A DNA stretch of 64,000 bases from Gordius albopunctatus (GCA_964276515.1 OZ193909.1:2914001-2978000); one strand, 5' to 3'; counted from the first letter of the stretch, positions 47,901 through 61,100 are shown. Notes: generated from the letters alone by a model not told the origin. Translations and numbers: made by a program.

Positions 47901-50900
47901 TGTCCATGATATTTATTACGTTCAAGTCATATTTAATGCTTAGTTTTACGCTACACATTATAAATAATAATGCCTCTTAGGTGAGTGAATTAATTTTGAT
48001 TGCTTTTATTAATTCCACTGGATAATTGTTGGACTAATTAATATATCCAATTAAACACTATCATTTGTAGCTGACAAAAACTGTTCTAATGTCACTTATA
48101 TGTGGTTACATCAAAATAAGTCACACACATATACCCTTTAATTAAAACAAAATCGGTAGGAAATATCGGGGCTAGTTATAGCTAGCGGTCTGCATCTTTG
48201 TAATTATTTTTAATACTAATAACAATTACTGATATCTAATTCATGTGTATTTGGACATTATTATTTTTATAAGGTATATGCGAAAACAAATTCGTGAAAA
48301 ACAAATTCAAAAATAATAGTGAAAAAAATTCATCGGGGCTGGTGGTGGTTCTGTTACAAATTTAGTTTTTGGCATTATTTATAAATCATCAATTATGAGT
48401 TATATAATAATATTAATAAACATTTTTTGAATTTCATGGGTAGTATCAGAGCTAGTGGCATGGGCATATCCAGGATTGGGATTAGAGGGGAGGCAATAAT
48501 GATTTATGGAGGGGCAAAATCACAATTTTTTGAAAATTTAGCTATAGTTATAACAATTTTTAGGAATTTTTTGGATTTAGAGGGGGGCAGCCGCCCCTCG
48601 CTGCCATCACCTGTAATTTTTATACATTTAACAAATTTAAAGGTAATAAATTATAAAGATTTTTTGGGATGTTTTAATTTTTAATGCCTAATTATGCCTC
48701 TCTCACTTTAAGCTTTTTATCCGCTTTTTGTTTATTAAACTAAAATAAGTCTTAGTTTTTCTCAGGTCAAATCAGTCTCAATAATACATGTTTTTTTTAT
48801 ATTTAAAAATTAATTTGCCTTTAACTTTAAGTGAAAAAAATTGGCCAACTCATATTAAAGATAGAAAATTTTGGCAATCTATTAATTAGTTTGTTTAAAA
48901 CTCAAAATAATAATTTCATCCATGCTTAGTGCAGTTATTTTTCCCTCAATATTAAAGGTTAATTAATACAACTACGACTATGAAAATCGATGATTTTTCA
49001 AAAAAATATTTAAAAATATTTAGGAAGTATTAATCGACAACGTTGCAAAATGTGTTTTATTAAACACTTAAATGCAACCCGTCCTAGTACATAACTCTAC
49101 GAGTGTTAGGTCAAACCAATCTCTATATATAAGTGCATATATATAGCTAGATAATTTACTGCTTGTAAAGTCGAAATCTTATTTTATAAAAAATGAGTTT
49201 ATGTTGAATATTTCGTCAAAAATTATATTATTTTTTTATATACTAATAGTTTTAAAGAACCGTCGAAGTCTTATCTTTTTAACTATCTTGATTCGAGAAT
49301 CGAGATCATTAATTGCTAAAAGAGCGATTTTATTTAATCAGAGGTAGGGGAGACCGGGGCCTAAGCAGCCATAAAAAATTAAACCACTTTTAAAAAAACT
49401 AATGAAGATTTTTATAATTTTTTTATTGGAATACATTTTTATAGTCTATTTCTATTATAGGAAAGAAAATTGAGAAAAAAGAGCGTATAGTTTTTTTATA
49501 AATTGAGTTCAAAATAATCAAAAATCCTAAACATTTCAAAAGTGCCCGGGGTTAGTTATAGCTCTGTTCAGGGGATAGATTAATCCTGACGTTTTAACTT
49601 CTTAATAGTGTATGCTAACTTAAATCAATAAAAATATTGTTACATTATATAAAACATAGAAAATTTAAATGTAATATGATTGTATTTTATATAATAAAAA
49701 TAAAAAAAGGGTCAAGATGACAATCTGACTTAAGTACACCTAAAAGACATATTCTGCTATGTAAAAAAACTTTTAGTCGTTTTTTTAAGTATAATCATCG
49801 TCTATTTCTATTACTAATTACACTAAGTTGAGTTATAAACAAGATTTTTGTTTTTTAAATTTTTTTCATTTGTAAGGCCCAATGAAAAATGGCTATAACT
49901 AGCCCCTCTCCGACTAGCCCAACCCCTATTTTTATGAACAATTAATAATTGAACATGTTATATTGCGAATAAAAATTTAATCATTAGGCGGTTTTTATAT
50001 AAAAAATATACCCCTTATAAGATAAAACTTAAATTAGTCCAAAATATATAGCCAAAAAAATTTTATATGCAAAATACAAAATTTTGTCAAAGCTACTAAT
50101 CGCCCCGAAAAATCGTTTTTTATCCATAAAAATTTAAAATTTTATTTTTTCTAAACAAAATTTTTTTTACTTATACCTTATAAAAACATACACATATGGT
50201 TTAAATTTTAATAATATATCATTATTATTTTAAAAATAATTACAAAGATAATAGACCTCCTCCCCTACATCTATTTCACAAAGTTCTGTATAAATATACC
50301 CAAACCGAAATCGTATTTAAATCTTTATTTCAAAATTATATTAAAACACGTATTTAATGTTTTCTTTTTAGGTTTGGTTTCAAAATCGGCGCTCCAAAGA
50401 GCGTAGGATGAAACAGCTGAGCGCCTTGGGTGCTAGACGCCACTTTTTCCGACATTCCAGAAGGATCAGGACAGTTATTAGACCAGAATTTTCTCCGTTG
50501 CGAGAGGGTGAAGATAATTCTAATAAAGTCAACAATCTTCCTCCTCAGCTCTCTAACCAAAATAATGGCAACGCCATCAATAATGAAGCCTGCAATTATA
50601 GCAACGAATTTCACAACTTCTTTCCATCCTCTGGTAAATTTTAGACATTTTGAAATATGTGTAATTCCGGCCCGACGTAATTATTAATCGATTTGGGGTT
50701 GGCCGGACCGGGCTGGGGACAGCATAATTAGACAAAATCCATTTTTCCACTCTTAAGAATTTCATATTCAAGTAAGCTTCACTAGCCAAAAAAATAAAAC
50801 GGACCTTGTTCTCCCTAAATTTGACATTTAAAAGCCTCCTATTTTTAAACCAATTAATCGAATATTTTCCTATTTTAAGGCGCAAAAAGGATATCAAATT

Positions 50901-53900
50901 TACTTAAAAATGAACATATTTTATAGCAGTTTTCGTTTAGGTCGAAATAGATTTCTATAATAGAAAATAAGCAGTTATTTCAAATTTCTTAAGTTTTAAT
51001 TCCGAAACTTTATAATATATATTAAACAATTATACAATGTTTTTAAACAATTTATCATTCTGATTCTGATAAAATTACGCGATATAGATATAATACAGCT
51101 GCATAAAATTTTTTTCTTAACGGTAGATTACTATTATAAAAGCAAATTTAATTGTAAAAATGTAGAGTTCACTGGTCAACAAATAATGGACTTATAAAAT
51201 CAACCGTCAAACTATTTCTGTTAGAATTCAAGTATATATTTAGTTAATATTCTATAAGTGAAGTTTTTGAAATATTTGCTGTCAAAGTTGTTAAAAACAG
51301 CGATTAAGGCATTTTTCAAACGTCAATAACTTGCAAATTAGTCGGTTAAAGTTTAGTTAAATAAATTTGATTCATAAATAAATTGGAGAGGTATCCATTA
51401 AAATTTTTTTACCTTAGCTCTATTAATTTTTGATCAATAGCACCAGATATACCCCCCTTCTTTTGAACACTATGAAATTGTGCGTGTTGTTATTTTTATC
51501 CTCATACTAGAGACCCGCATGGCTGTGCTTGTGGGACGAGCAGTAACATAAACCAACGGGTTCGGGCCGGGTCTAGATATACATAAGGCCCGCTTAAAGC
51601 AAGTTATAAAATTAATTATATATTTATTTTTGTTTAATAAAGCATAAATAAATGTTTGTTTTTATAATGTTCCTTTTTACAATTATTATTTGATGTTTTT
51701 TATAACATGAATTTAATAGATTCCTCTCCCCTTTATTTATATATCCAAATTATTAACATTAAATTTTACCGATTAAAAAACGCCAAAATCGACGTTTTTA
51801 GTAACTTTGACAGCATATATTTCAAAAAATGCCGTTTAGGAAAAAAATAAAAATTATATTCGTGTTAACCGCGAAGAACTCTACCAAAATCTGAACTGCC
51901 GGTTGATTTTTCTTCTTGAACTATGCTTTACAGCGCTGCGCTTAAATTTAAAAACTATATAATAAAGTGTTACAAAGAATATTAGCCTTCTTCACTACCC
52001 GAATATTGCTTTTAAATGTTACCATAAAAAGTCAAGTGACGAACTATGTTTAATAACTTTTGATGAGTTACACTAAATTTGAATTATAGATTAAAACAAT
52101 TCAAATAATAAAAAATTTTAAACTGATCGGGGTAGCTTAACCAAATTTTAACTACTAATAATTTTTATCTACAATGCTAGATGAAATGTTTAAATGGCGT
52201 GATTTAGGTATAAGTGCCATTTATTCTACGCTATTCCTCTAATATGACTATTGATACATTACAGTTATCCTAGTTCTCAATAAAAAACATAGACCTGATT
52301 CTTGATTGCTAAGCCAAAAGACTAGCTCCAATTAATAAGAAATAAAAATATGTATCATTTAAAGGTCGAAAATAGTAAATGTATCCCAAAAAAGTGAGTT
52401 TAACTGATTACTTTTTCCAAACTTATGTTGTCAACCACAATTTATATCCCAAAAAATAAGGGGAAGGCAATTTAGAATAAGCCCGAACTCTTTACAAAAT
52501 ATTATCAAAAATAATGTTCAAGAGTAAAATAGAGGAGTTGAGGGAAAATTTATATGCTACTGATTCAGGTTTCTCAATAACACCTTGGCCGAACAGCAAA
52601 ATAAATTGACATATTTTATAATTAACTCTTTCCATCATCCCAACTCCCTCATACATACACGCCAATAAATGAAAATGGAAATGAATAAGAATTAGAGTGT
52701 CAAATTTGTATTGGGAAACCACTTGTGCGATAACACAAGATAGACAATTGGACATCAGTAAGAAGATAAAGCGTCCCTAAAACGTTGCCTGGCTTATGGA
52801 AACCTAATTCTTAATTTATAATTTTTTCCCCATTATCTTTACCACATTATCTTGAGTAATGAGTTTACTTTTATAATATAAATTACTATTTTCCTATTTT
52901 AATATTACGTACTTTTTTCGATTTCAAATAACACTGGCCCCTAGAGCTTTTGCAAGAAATATGAAACAGAAAATTTTAAACTCATTTAATTTCTTACGAT
53001 AGAAAGATAAATTTTAAATCATTTCGAGGCACTTTTTAGCTCAAGGAATGGCTGAGAGAGAGTTAAATAAATTGAAGAAAGCAAGATTCGGACATTACAC
53101 CCTAGCTTATAGGCCAAACTTTCAAGCCGGACTGCCATCCCCTTGTCCATCTTAGAGTCTGATCGTTATTTTATTAGTATTATTTATACATTAGGGTAGG
53201 CAGGATGGCGATATTATCGATTATCTTTAATATAGTAAAATGTAGCTGCATTATTGATTTGTTAGAACACTACAATCCCACCACCCAACACCACATTCAA
53301 TGAGATATTATGCCCTCCTTCAGCATCACCAACAGCGAAACCAGAGAGTGGAATTAATACGATACAGGATTATGGGGTCGATCAGCGAACCTTTTTCAAT
53401 TTATTTTAATGAAGTTTGATGCACTTTTGGAGATATTAATCTCTCGCTCCCTAGCCCCCCTCCTTCCTCGTTCCGACCAAAATTGTTGCTAAACATTGCG
53501 GTTTGTAGTCCCTTTCAAAAATGTCCCCTCTTCATCCCCCCCTATCAACCCCATTTCTAATGCTTGTCCAAACTCATTTCGCTCGACCGGTGTGTGTAAT
53601 TAATTAATGTAGTAGATATGGAGATGGAACTCATAGAGATAGAGATTAAAGTTTGGAAGAATATGTTAAGAAATTTCCTTTTAGATTAAATCACTCTTGA
53701 TTAAGCGAGGGTATGGCGACTAAAAAAGCATCAGTTTGATTAAGGTCGGAGTTTTTAATTTAATTTATGCCTCCCTCGGGCAAATAAACAATTGAAAAGC
53801 TTTTAAATGCTCAAAAAATTTGTTCCTAAACTATTTTTTAAAATGTATAAGTCAAATTTCGAAATAACTAATTAATTCTTGGAGGAAAGGAAATTGCGAG

Positions 53901-56718
53901 GCAATATCCTTTTTAGGTGTTTAAATGTCATAAAACTTAGTTTGTTATATAGATTTGGGTTTAATTATTTTATTTATAGTCTTAAATAATATTCCTTCGC
54001 TAATCTGCCAATATTTTTATCCCCCTCAAAAAATTTGCTCGCAAATTTAGTCTAACGCAAAATGTAGCAATATACTTTATATACACAGCTATATTTATGA
54101 TAGAGGTGTTTGTATGACTTACTATTATGTAGAAGGCAGATTTCAGAGTTAGATTTATAAAGTTTTGGACGAGCTAATAGTTTTGGATACTTTTTATATC
54201 AATATTAACTTTTTGACACGACATATTAATTCCTAGGGGACGTAGATACACAACAATGAGCTCACACTAGTGCTCGAGTTAGAAGGGAATGGGGGCAAAA
54301 TTATTATTAAACAATACTTAGAGAGATGTTATCACATTTAATTTATTTTGGATCTCAGCGTTTGAAACCAGGATTTATTTATGGACATCATGACAAAATA
54401 TCGTGATCTCTACAGGACACATGCATCAAAAATATATTTTTTAATCGTTAATTTATTCCATACTTGTCTGCTCCTCTTTCATAGATAAATATCTAAGCAA
54501 AAAATCTAATACTCCGTTTGTCATCATACTACCATATTTGTCGATATTTATATTTTGGCAACGCTATATAATTTTTTAAATCATACACATGTTTAGGTGG
54601 TTGCATGGGCGTAGCCAAGGGGTAAATCCAAAAAATTGTTAAAATTCATTTAAATTATGGCTAAAATTTCAAAAAATGTTTATTTTGCCCCTCCCTAAAC
54701 AAGCCTAAATCATTTTTGCCCCCCTCTAATTCCAAAGCTGGCTACGCCCATGGGTGGTTGCAACTAAGTTAAAATGTTAATAAGCAAGTGAAAGAGTTTC
54801 ACACCCCCTCCCGACTAGGGCCATGATGCTAAACATAATGCAAATCATATAATCAAGGCTGAAATTTTACAATAAAGATTTTAAGCTTGAATCATTGATA
54901 TATCACGATAATCTTTTAAATTATGTATCTCATTTAGAGCAATTTAATCATGGGCGTAGCCAGACAGAAGTGGGAAGGAAGAGCGGCTGCCCCCCCTCTA
55001 AATCCAAAAAAATAAAGATTTTATCAAATTTGGGCTGAAATTGCAATAAATTAAGATTTTGTCCTTCCCTAAAATTATTGTCCGCCTCCCCTTAATTCCA
55101 TTCCTGGCTATGCCCATATATGTATTAAGCCTATTCCTATATATTATGATAATAATATGTTGTAAAAGGCGCCTTTTGGACGGTTTAGTTATAGTTATTC
55201 AATACATTTGCAGACGCCAACAATTTTAACCGACCTTTCGGGGCACTAGATCATAACGGAGCAGTGTCGCCGAGCATGATGCTCTCCCATATGAACGCAC
55301 CCAAAGATATGAGCAACGGGGATGCGCAACGGCTTGCCGACCATCTCGACAGGAATTACTTGGATCAATTGACATCGGTTCACAAAAACTTTTACCCGTT
55401 CGACGATCAAACACCTGCTCAAAGTTTCAAAGGACAACAATTAAATAATAACAATGTCGGGACCGCCACTGCTGATGGTAATAATAATAATCAATATGGG
55501 CATTATCAACAGTTGGACAGACTTCAGAATATCTGTCCACCATCCCTCTCATTGATGATAGGAACACGGGAACCCAATAACGCGACAAATTTCGAATGCG
55601 AAAGTAACACCCCTAGCTCATTTAAACTACAAATCATACCTTTTTTGTTGAACAATGCTTCTGAATTCAAATATATCTCGCTGGACACTTTTAGTTAGGT
55701 ATATCTTTAATTAATTTCAAAAACATTTATGGCGAATCATTACATATAAGCGATAAGTGCATGTTTGGGAAGTTATTGTAAATACTTTCGAGCCACATTT
55801 CAAATGACACAAAAACAAATTGAGTATGTTCACTAAAAAATAAATCACGTTAAGTTTTAATATATAAATATCTATCATTCATCAATAGCAATACACAAAC
55901 AACTTGATCCCCCAAAATATTTTTTCTTAAATATTTACTTAAAAGGCAAGTAAATTAATGTCAATAACAAATCAAGTCCTTAAATTGGTGTTTAGCATGG
56001 TCGGTAATATCCTTAGGCAGGATTAAATTACTAGTGTCATACTAAAATCCAAATAACAATAAAATGCTACTTTTTAAGCATTTATAATCAAGGACCCTTA
56101 TAATATTTAAAGTCGGGTAATAATAATAACCTTAAAAATATAATTTATATATAAATAAAAAAAATTTCCAATAGCTTTTTGCCACACTAAGGTGGTCAGC
56201 TTCTTTAGATATTTGGATAAGGGGTGATGCTCGAATATCCAGGCCTGACAGACATGGTGAAGATGTGATTTTTAATAATTTTTGAAATAAGTGCCAGAGG
56301 CGGGATTGAACCCGCGAACTCTTGCTTCAAAGACTAACTACCCACTACGCCACGACGCCCCTAATTTATATATAATTAAGAACGATATTATTATTCAATT
56401 ATTGTTACTAGTAGAGGTTTAATTTTTTTAAACACCAAACAATCCGTTTAATTATACGATTTGTTGTTTATAGTTAACGACATGAAATCTTTGCAAAGGG
56501 ACCCTAGTAGATTTGAAACGAAACAACTGTTCCCCTACCTGTCTCAAGATCCTTCAAACTTTAACCAGTCCACACAGTCATTATGTCTACTTACGAACTT
56601 TTCTCAACCCCAACAGTTTCGCGGACAACAAGATACGATGAGAAAAGGTAGCTTAAGTGAAGAGCTAATGACCAATAATGACTTCACAAATGATACAAAT
56701 GAAATTATAACTATGTAG
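29733..56718 (+). CDS. Lhx1/5: LIM-homeobox transcription factor Lhx1/5 (Lim1/lin-11 class), spliced gene of 7 coding exons, ~813 aa
   Basis: Exons 29733-29902, 44102-44304, 45233-46123, 46902-47182, 50372-50633, 55214-55603, 56474-56718; phases consistent (2442 nt). Two LIM domains and homeodomain [70 protein letters not shown], diagnostic of Lhx1/5. Confidence 0.93.
30929..31625 (-). mobile_element. Internally deleted hAT element retaining a BED zinc-finger fragment
   Basis: Perfect 19-bp TIR TAGAGATGCACCGATACCA; perfect 8-bp TSD ATTTAAAC; many CCGATAC subterminal repeats; - strand LWSYF...CELC...SRGG...TSNLRKH at ~31146-31290. Confidence 0.92.
31748..32256. mobile_element. Degenerate TIR element (CGGGC subterminal repeats)
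   Basis: Imperfect inverted ends TAGAGCCCTACATGGGCCGC / GTGGTCGATGTTAGAGTATCTG with CGGGC clusters at both ends. Confidence 0.55.
33080..33692. mobile_element. Second CAGAG-family hAT MITE, carrying a nested MITE
   Basis: Ends CAGAGACAAGA and CAAATCTGACCTCTG; TSD tgACCTAT/gtACCTAT; CGGGC subterminal repeats like 59674-60095. Confidence 0.8.
33280..33437. mobile_element. CATGGG-family hAT MITE nested in the CAGAG element
   Basis: Perfect TSD GATTTTAT. Confidence 0.9.
35600..35729. mobile_element. CATGGG-family MITE fragment
   Basis: TTTTTGGACTTAGAGGGCGGCAG...CCTGGCTAC body. Confidence 0.6.
36282..36382. mobile_element. CATGGG-family hAT MITE
   Basis: Perfect TSD CTCATTTA. Confidence 0.85.
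40606..41281. mobile_element. Non-autonomous hAT element (676 bp)
   Basis: Perfect 8-bp TSD TAGCACAT; ends CAGACGAGTAGCCAGG / CTGCACGCCTATG. Confidence 0.78.
41664..41818. mobile_element. CATGGG-family hAT MITE
   Basis: Perfect TSD GGCAGCTT. Confidence 0.85.
42918..43044. mobile_element. CATGGG-family MITE (left end degenerate)
   Basis: Family body and TGGCTTCGCCCATG end. Confidence 0.7.
43215..43379. mobile_element. hAT MITE (CAGTGGCGTAGC type)
   Basis: TIRs CAGCGGCGTAACTA / TAGCTACGCCACTG; perfect 8-bp TSD AATATAAT. Confidence 0.88.
43730..43898. mobile_element. CATGGG-family MITE (left end degenerate)
   Basis: CCTGTCTACGCCCATG end. Confidence 0.65.
44102..44304 (+). CDS. Lhx1/5: Lhx1/5 exon 2 (LIM2)
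   Basis: [61 protein letters not shown]. Confidence 0.95.
45233..46123 (+). CDS. Lhx1/5: Lhx1/5 exon 3 (long low-complexity, acidic linker)
   Basis: 891-nt open frame between a TAGTAG acceptor and a G|GTTAGT donor, phase 1-1. Confidence 0.75.
46275..46475 (+). mobile_element. tRNA-derived SINE with RTE-type 3' tail (copy 1)
   Basis: tRNA-like head with B box GGTTCAAATCC and TTGC-CTTTGA-GCAA anticodon-like arm; tail GAAGCTGACCACCTTAGTGTGACAAGACAAACAGCTAT; homologous to 56155-56361. Confidence 0.82.
46902..47182 (+). CDS. Lhx1/5: Lhx1/5 exon 4 (homeodomain helices 1-2)
   Basis: [18 protein letters not shown]...MRVIQ, then a phase-0 intron. Confidence 0.95.
48459..48606. mobile_element. CATGGG-family MITE (right end lost)
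   Basis: CATGGGCATATCCAGG start and family body. Confidence 0.75.
49347..50265. mobile_element. Probable Tc1/mariner-pogo-type non-autonomous element
   Basis: TA|GGGGAG...CTCCCC|TA ends; internal inverted motif GGGGTTAGTTATAGC / GCTATAACTAGCCCC. Confidence 0.55.
50372..50633 (+). CDS. Lhx1/5: Lhx1/5 exon 5 (homeodomain helix 3)
   Basis: [27 protein letters not shown]. Confidence 0.95.
51095..51945. repeat. Two diverged copies of a repeat in inverted orientation (~51095-51330 and ~51775-51945)
   Basis: GTAGAGTTC/GAACTCTAC and GCTGTCAAAGTT/AACTTTGACAGC inverted pairs in collinear order. Confidence 0.55.
54604..54752. mobile_element. CATGGG-family hAT MITE
   Basis: Perfect TIR CATGGGCGTAGCCA and perfect TSD GGTGGTTG. 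Confidence 0.92.
54949..55118. mobile_element. CATGGG-family hAT MITE
   Basis: CATGGGCGTAGCCAG...CTGGCTATGCCCATA. Confidence 0.85.
55214..55603 (+). CDS. Lhx1/5: Lhx1/5 exon 6
   Basis: tttgcag acceptor, phase 1, joins the frame of ORF 55264-55698; donor A|GTAAC. Confidence 0.7.
56155..56361 (-). mobile_element. tRNA-derived SINE with RTE-type 3' tail (copy 2)
   Basis: A box TGGCGTAGTGG, B box GGTTCAATCCC, same body and tail as copy 1; 14-bp TSD TAATTTATATATAA (56141-56154, 56362-56375). Confidence 0.87.
56474..56718 (+). CDS. Lhx1/5: Lhx1/5 terminal exon 7
   Basis: ttgtttatag acceptor, phase 1, frame of ORF 56461-56718; AATAAA at 56790 and 56972. Confidence 0.62.
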
Positions 56719-58103
56719 TAACTTCGAGTTTAAAAGCTAGTCTTAGACTTCGTACAATCGCTTGTAAACGTATATGTATCCCTAATGGTAATAAACCAAA
56801 ATATTGTGCTTGGACAGCACTTAAAATATTGGCAGACGTTCGATTCTTTAGATAGGATAATGCAAAATAGGGTATTGTATTCACACTATATTGAAAAACG
56901 AAATCAGTGATTATTATTTACTGTGTAATATTTGTATATCGACTTCTTATTTATATCATGAATGGTTATTTAATAAACTAGTCTTGTGTTTAGATGGGCA
57001 CCTATATACGCTTATCTTATAATACAAAAGAAGCGGCAAAATTTAGGCTTAAATTGAGAGTGATGCGGAAATTGCGTGAAAAATCATACTTAGAGCTAAG
57101 ATTGAGACGAGAATTACGACTTTGAAGTGTAGTCTTACCTTATCAACGTTTTTATTGACCATTATATTTATAATATATAGTTCGACAGTTAAATGCAAAT
57201 TAGTATAATTAAAATACCTTTGATATTGACTAATTTAAATATCCAAGTATCCACATAGTTAGATAAAATATTAGTGGCTCTTAGGGCGTATAAATAATTT
57301 TTATATATTTTTCGCCTATTTATAATCTTAGCATAAATACTGTCAAAATCGCTTAAGTGAGAATCACTGGGCCAAAATTGAAATGATCATCATTGATTAA
57401 AATTTATTTGAACATATTTAGATAGATTTTGCAATTTAGTTATGCATATTATAATGAAACTTTTAAAAATTACTTTAAATATTATAAAAGACAAATGATG
57501 GCGCTTAAAAAAATAAATGGGTTGATGTCATGGTCTTATATGCACCTTTTGGAGTAAAAGATCAGCTGGTGACAACAACCCAGATTTACCATATTTCAAA
57601 TGAAAAATACTACAAAATATATTTAATGGAAACATATAAATATTGATATCTAAAGGTTTTCCAAATATTTACAACACATTTTTCTTAATTATTTCATTTA
57701 TCATTACAAAATTTGTATTTAATAACTATTGTACAAAGATAAATATATAATGTGAAAAATCCGATGAGCTTCTTCTTTGCTTGGTTTCCTGCACTAATTC
57801 AATTTCATCAGTCTCTTCATAAGTATGATTGTCTAAATATTCAGCAAATTTTCAAAAAGCGATTATAAATAAGAATAATATTACTTAATTCCTAACTATC
57901 TCAACATTAATAAAATCACCAAAACCGCCTAAATAATCATAATCATAGTCTAATAAATCATCAGTTACAAAAAATGAAGAGTTAAATATAGAATGTTAGG
58001 ATATTATAAATGAGCAACAAGAATTTTTTTGTTATACTATTTAAACTACCCAAAACCCAACTCATCAAATGTTTCCTCAGTTTGAATATCAGAATTTTTT
58101 TTC

Positions 58104-61100
58104 CTATAGCTGTTTGTCACATTTAGTGGTCAGCTCCTTGAAGTAGGTTCTCCATGTATTTCTGCATTTACACCAGCTTCGCTTTAGCTCGTACCTTCAC
58201 AAATCCATATCTATTTTATGCTTCCATGTCAGTTTAGGTCTCCCTCTCTTTCGCTTACCTTCGATTTGCACTTTCTTGATACGATTTGCCAAGTGACTTT
58301 CCTCCCGTCTCTCCAAATGGCCATACCATCTCAATCTTCTTACCCCCAACTTTCTATGAATCGGAACTACATTTAGTTTATCCCTTATCTCTTGATTACT
58401 TATATGGTCCTTTTTTCTTATTCCCAAGATCCATCTTAACATTCCCATCTCCATTGTAGCCAAGCTTTGCTTGTCTTTTGCCCTAATTGCCCAGGTTTCC
58501 GCTCCATACAATACCGTGGGTACAATAACGGTATTATATAACAGTCCTTTCAATTTGAGTGGTATGTGCTTGTCACATAGGACACCACTCAACTCCCTGA
58601 AATTTAGCCAACCTGTGTTTATTCTTGCCTCAATTTCGTTTTCCACACCTCCATCACACTGTACCCTAGAACCAAGATATTTGAATTCTTTCCTGCTGCT
58701 TAAACACCAGTCATCGATTTGCAAGTGTGTTTCTTTGTTTTTATTCCCCGACTTCAATCATACATATTCAGTTTTATCTCGGTTGACCCTACGGCCTTTG
58801 CTTTCAATTCGTTCCATCCACACTTTTACCTGCTCTGCTAATTCTACGTTTGAGCCTGCGCACAGGATAATATCATCCGCAAAGAGCATTGCCCAAGGTG
58901 ATTCGCGTTTCAGGTCATTCGTTATCGAATCCATTATTGTTATGAAGAGCAATGGACTTAGGACCGATCCTTAATGCACACTGATATTTAGACTGAATCC
59001 CTTTGATGTACCACTGGATGTCCGAACTTTGGTTTTTGCGTTTCTATACATATCCTTTATTAACATTATATAAGCGTCGGGTACACCATTGGAACTCAGG
59101 CTATCCCATATCAACTGCCTTGGCACTTTATCGAAATATTTCTCAAGATCGATGAAACACATATAAAGATCCTTTTGTTTTTCCTTATATAATTCCATAA
59201 GTCTCCTAAGACCATGTATTGCATCTGAAGTCGACTTTCCAGGCATGAACCCAAATTGTCGTTCATCTATTGATATTATTTTTCGGAGTCTAGCTTCTAT
59301 AAACTTTTCCCACACCTTCATTACGTGACTCGTTAACTTTATCCCTCGATAGTTGTTGCATTCTTGTACATCTTCCTTCAATTTATAGATAGGTATAACA
59401 TAGCTTTCCCTACACTCATCAGGCATCATACCACTTGCAAGTATTTTGTTAAACAGCTTTGCAAGTAGACGTACACCTAAGGGTCCTAGCATTTTAAAAG
59501 CTTCCATAGGTATATTATCAGGTCCCACCGCTCTACCCATGGTCATATTTTTAGGAACCTGGTCAACCTGTTCTTCTGTCACTTCTAACTCTGGGTCATA
59601 TTCATAGTTCTTGCTTTCGCAGTGGTCCGAAAACACATTTTCATTGTTTAATAATTCTTTATAGTATTCTTCCCAGAGACCAGATTTGCCCGGCCCATGG
59701 GCCGAACCTGGCCGGGCAACTGTCCTAAATTTTAACTTTCGGGCGGGCCCGGGCAGGCACCATAACAAGATTTGGGCAATTCGGGCTCAATTTTGTTTTT
59801 AAAGTAATGTATTATATTGTTTTTGTGTATATTTTGCCACTTTTTAAATTGATTTCAAAATGTTTGTTGATCCTTGTTCTCATTTAAAAAAATCAAAAAT
59901 TAAGATAAAATTTTTAAAAAATATAACGATATTAGTGCTAAACATTTTAAAACACACCACTTAGGGCCTGGCAGTTCGGGCAGCTAGGATAATTCGGGCA
60001 TTGCCGGGCAGACACATAGAACGGTTCGGGCGGGCAGATTAATTATAAAATCGGGCCGGGTTCTGGCAGAAAAATTCTAACAAATCTGACCTCTGATTCT
60101 TCCGAACGATCTATGATTTGATGGTCCAGAGTTAGAGTGATGCCATCTTTGCTCTTTATGGTTTTCACGTTTACCACATCCTTTGAGTTCGTTGCTCTAG
60201 TCTTTGCGATTTTGTAGATCATTCTTTCCCCTTCTTTACTGGTTAACTTGGCATTCAAATTTTCGTAGACCTCTGTTTTAGCCTTGGCTACACAACGTTT
60301 TGCCTCGTTTTTAGCTTTCGCACATGCCAATCGTGTTTCTTAATTTCTGTTGCCTGGCCATAATTTGTAAAGCTTTATTTTCAACTTGACCAGGCCTTGC
60401 ACGTCTTCGTTCCACCACCATGTCTCCTTATCTTTTTGTATAACTGGTTTACCTTCTCCTAGAACACATCTCGCTACTGATCGTACCGTGTTAGCTATGT
60501 TATTCCACATATAGTTAGAATTCTACTGCTCATCTATTTGCAGCCTTTCAACTATTTGGTCATTGTAAATATATTTCAATTTTGGTAGTCGGAACCATTT
60601 GATTTTCCCATTTAATCTCTGCGGCTTTTGTGTTTTCGCCTTGGAGACGGTATAGTCCATCACAACAAGTCTATGCTGGGCTGCAATAGCTTCACCTGGG
60701 ATCACCTTAAAATCTCGTAAATTCTTTAATTCTTTTCTTGATATTAGGAGGAAGTCAATCTGCGAAGATCGATTTCCACTTTTGTACGTTATTAGGTTAT
60801 TTACATTCTTTCTGAAGAAGGTATTTGTGATGGCCAAATTAAATGCTGCGGCTATTTTCAATATTTCGTCACCTTCACCGTTTCTCGCTCCGTATCCATT
60901 TCCACCACTATACCGTTCAAATACTTCTCTTGTTTTGCCTACGTGACCATTCATATCCGCTCCAATTATAACTATCTCAGCTCTGGATATCATTCGCAGC
61001 GTTTCGTCTAATTCTTCCCGAAAGTCCTCCTTTTCTTCATCTGTGCATCCTGTTTGCGGAGCATATCCGGAAACTACATTAATCATTTGACCTTCTATGC

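Noticed and set aside
53266..53420. Exon-like open stretch in Lhx1/5 intron 5
   Set aside because: The phase-1 reading required by exon 5 hits TGA after about 12 codons; no convincing donor.
56290..56361. Possible tRNA gene on the - strand
   Set aside because: Anticodon arm is disrupted; it is part of the TSD-flanked SINE.
57500..58090. Possible transposase-like remnants downstream of the RTE
   Set aside because: No motif I can identify with confidence; needs blastx.
58471..58974. 167-aa + strand ORF
   Set aside because: Antisense shadow of the RTE reverse transcriptase.
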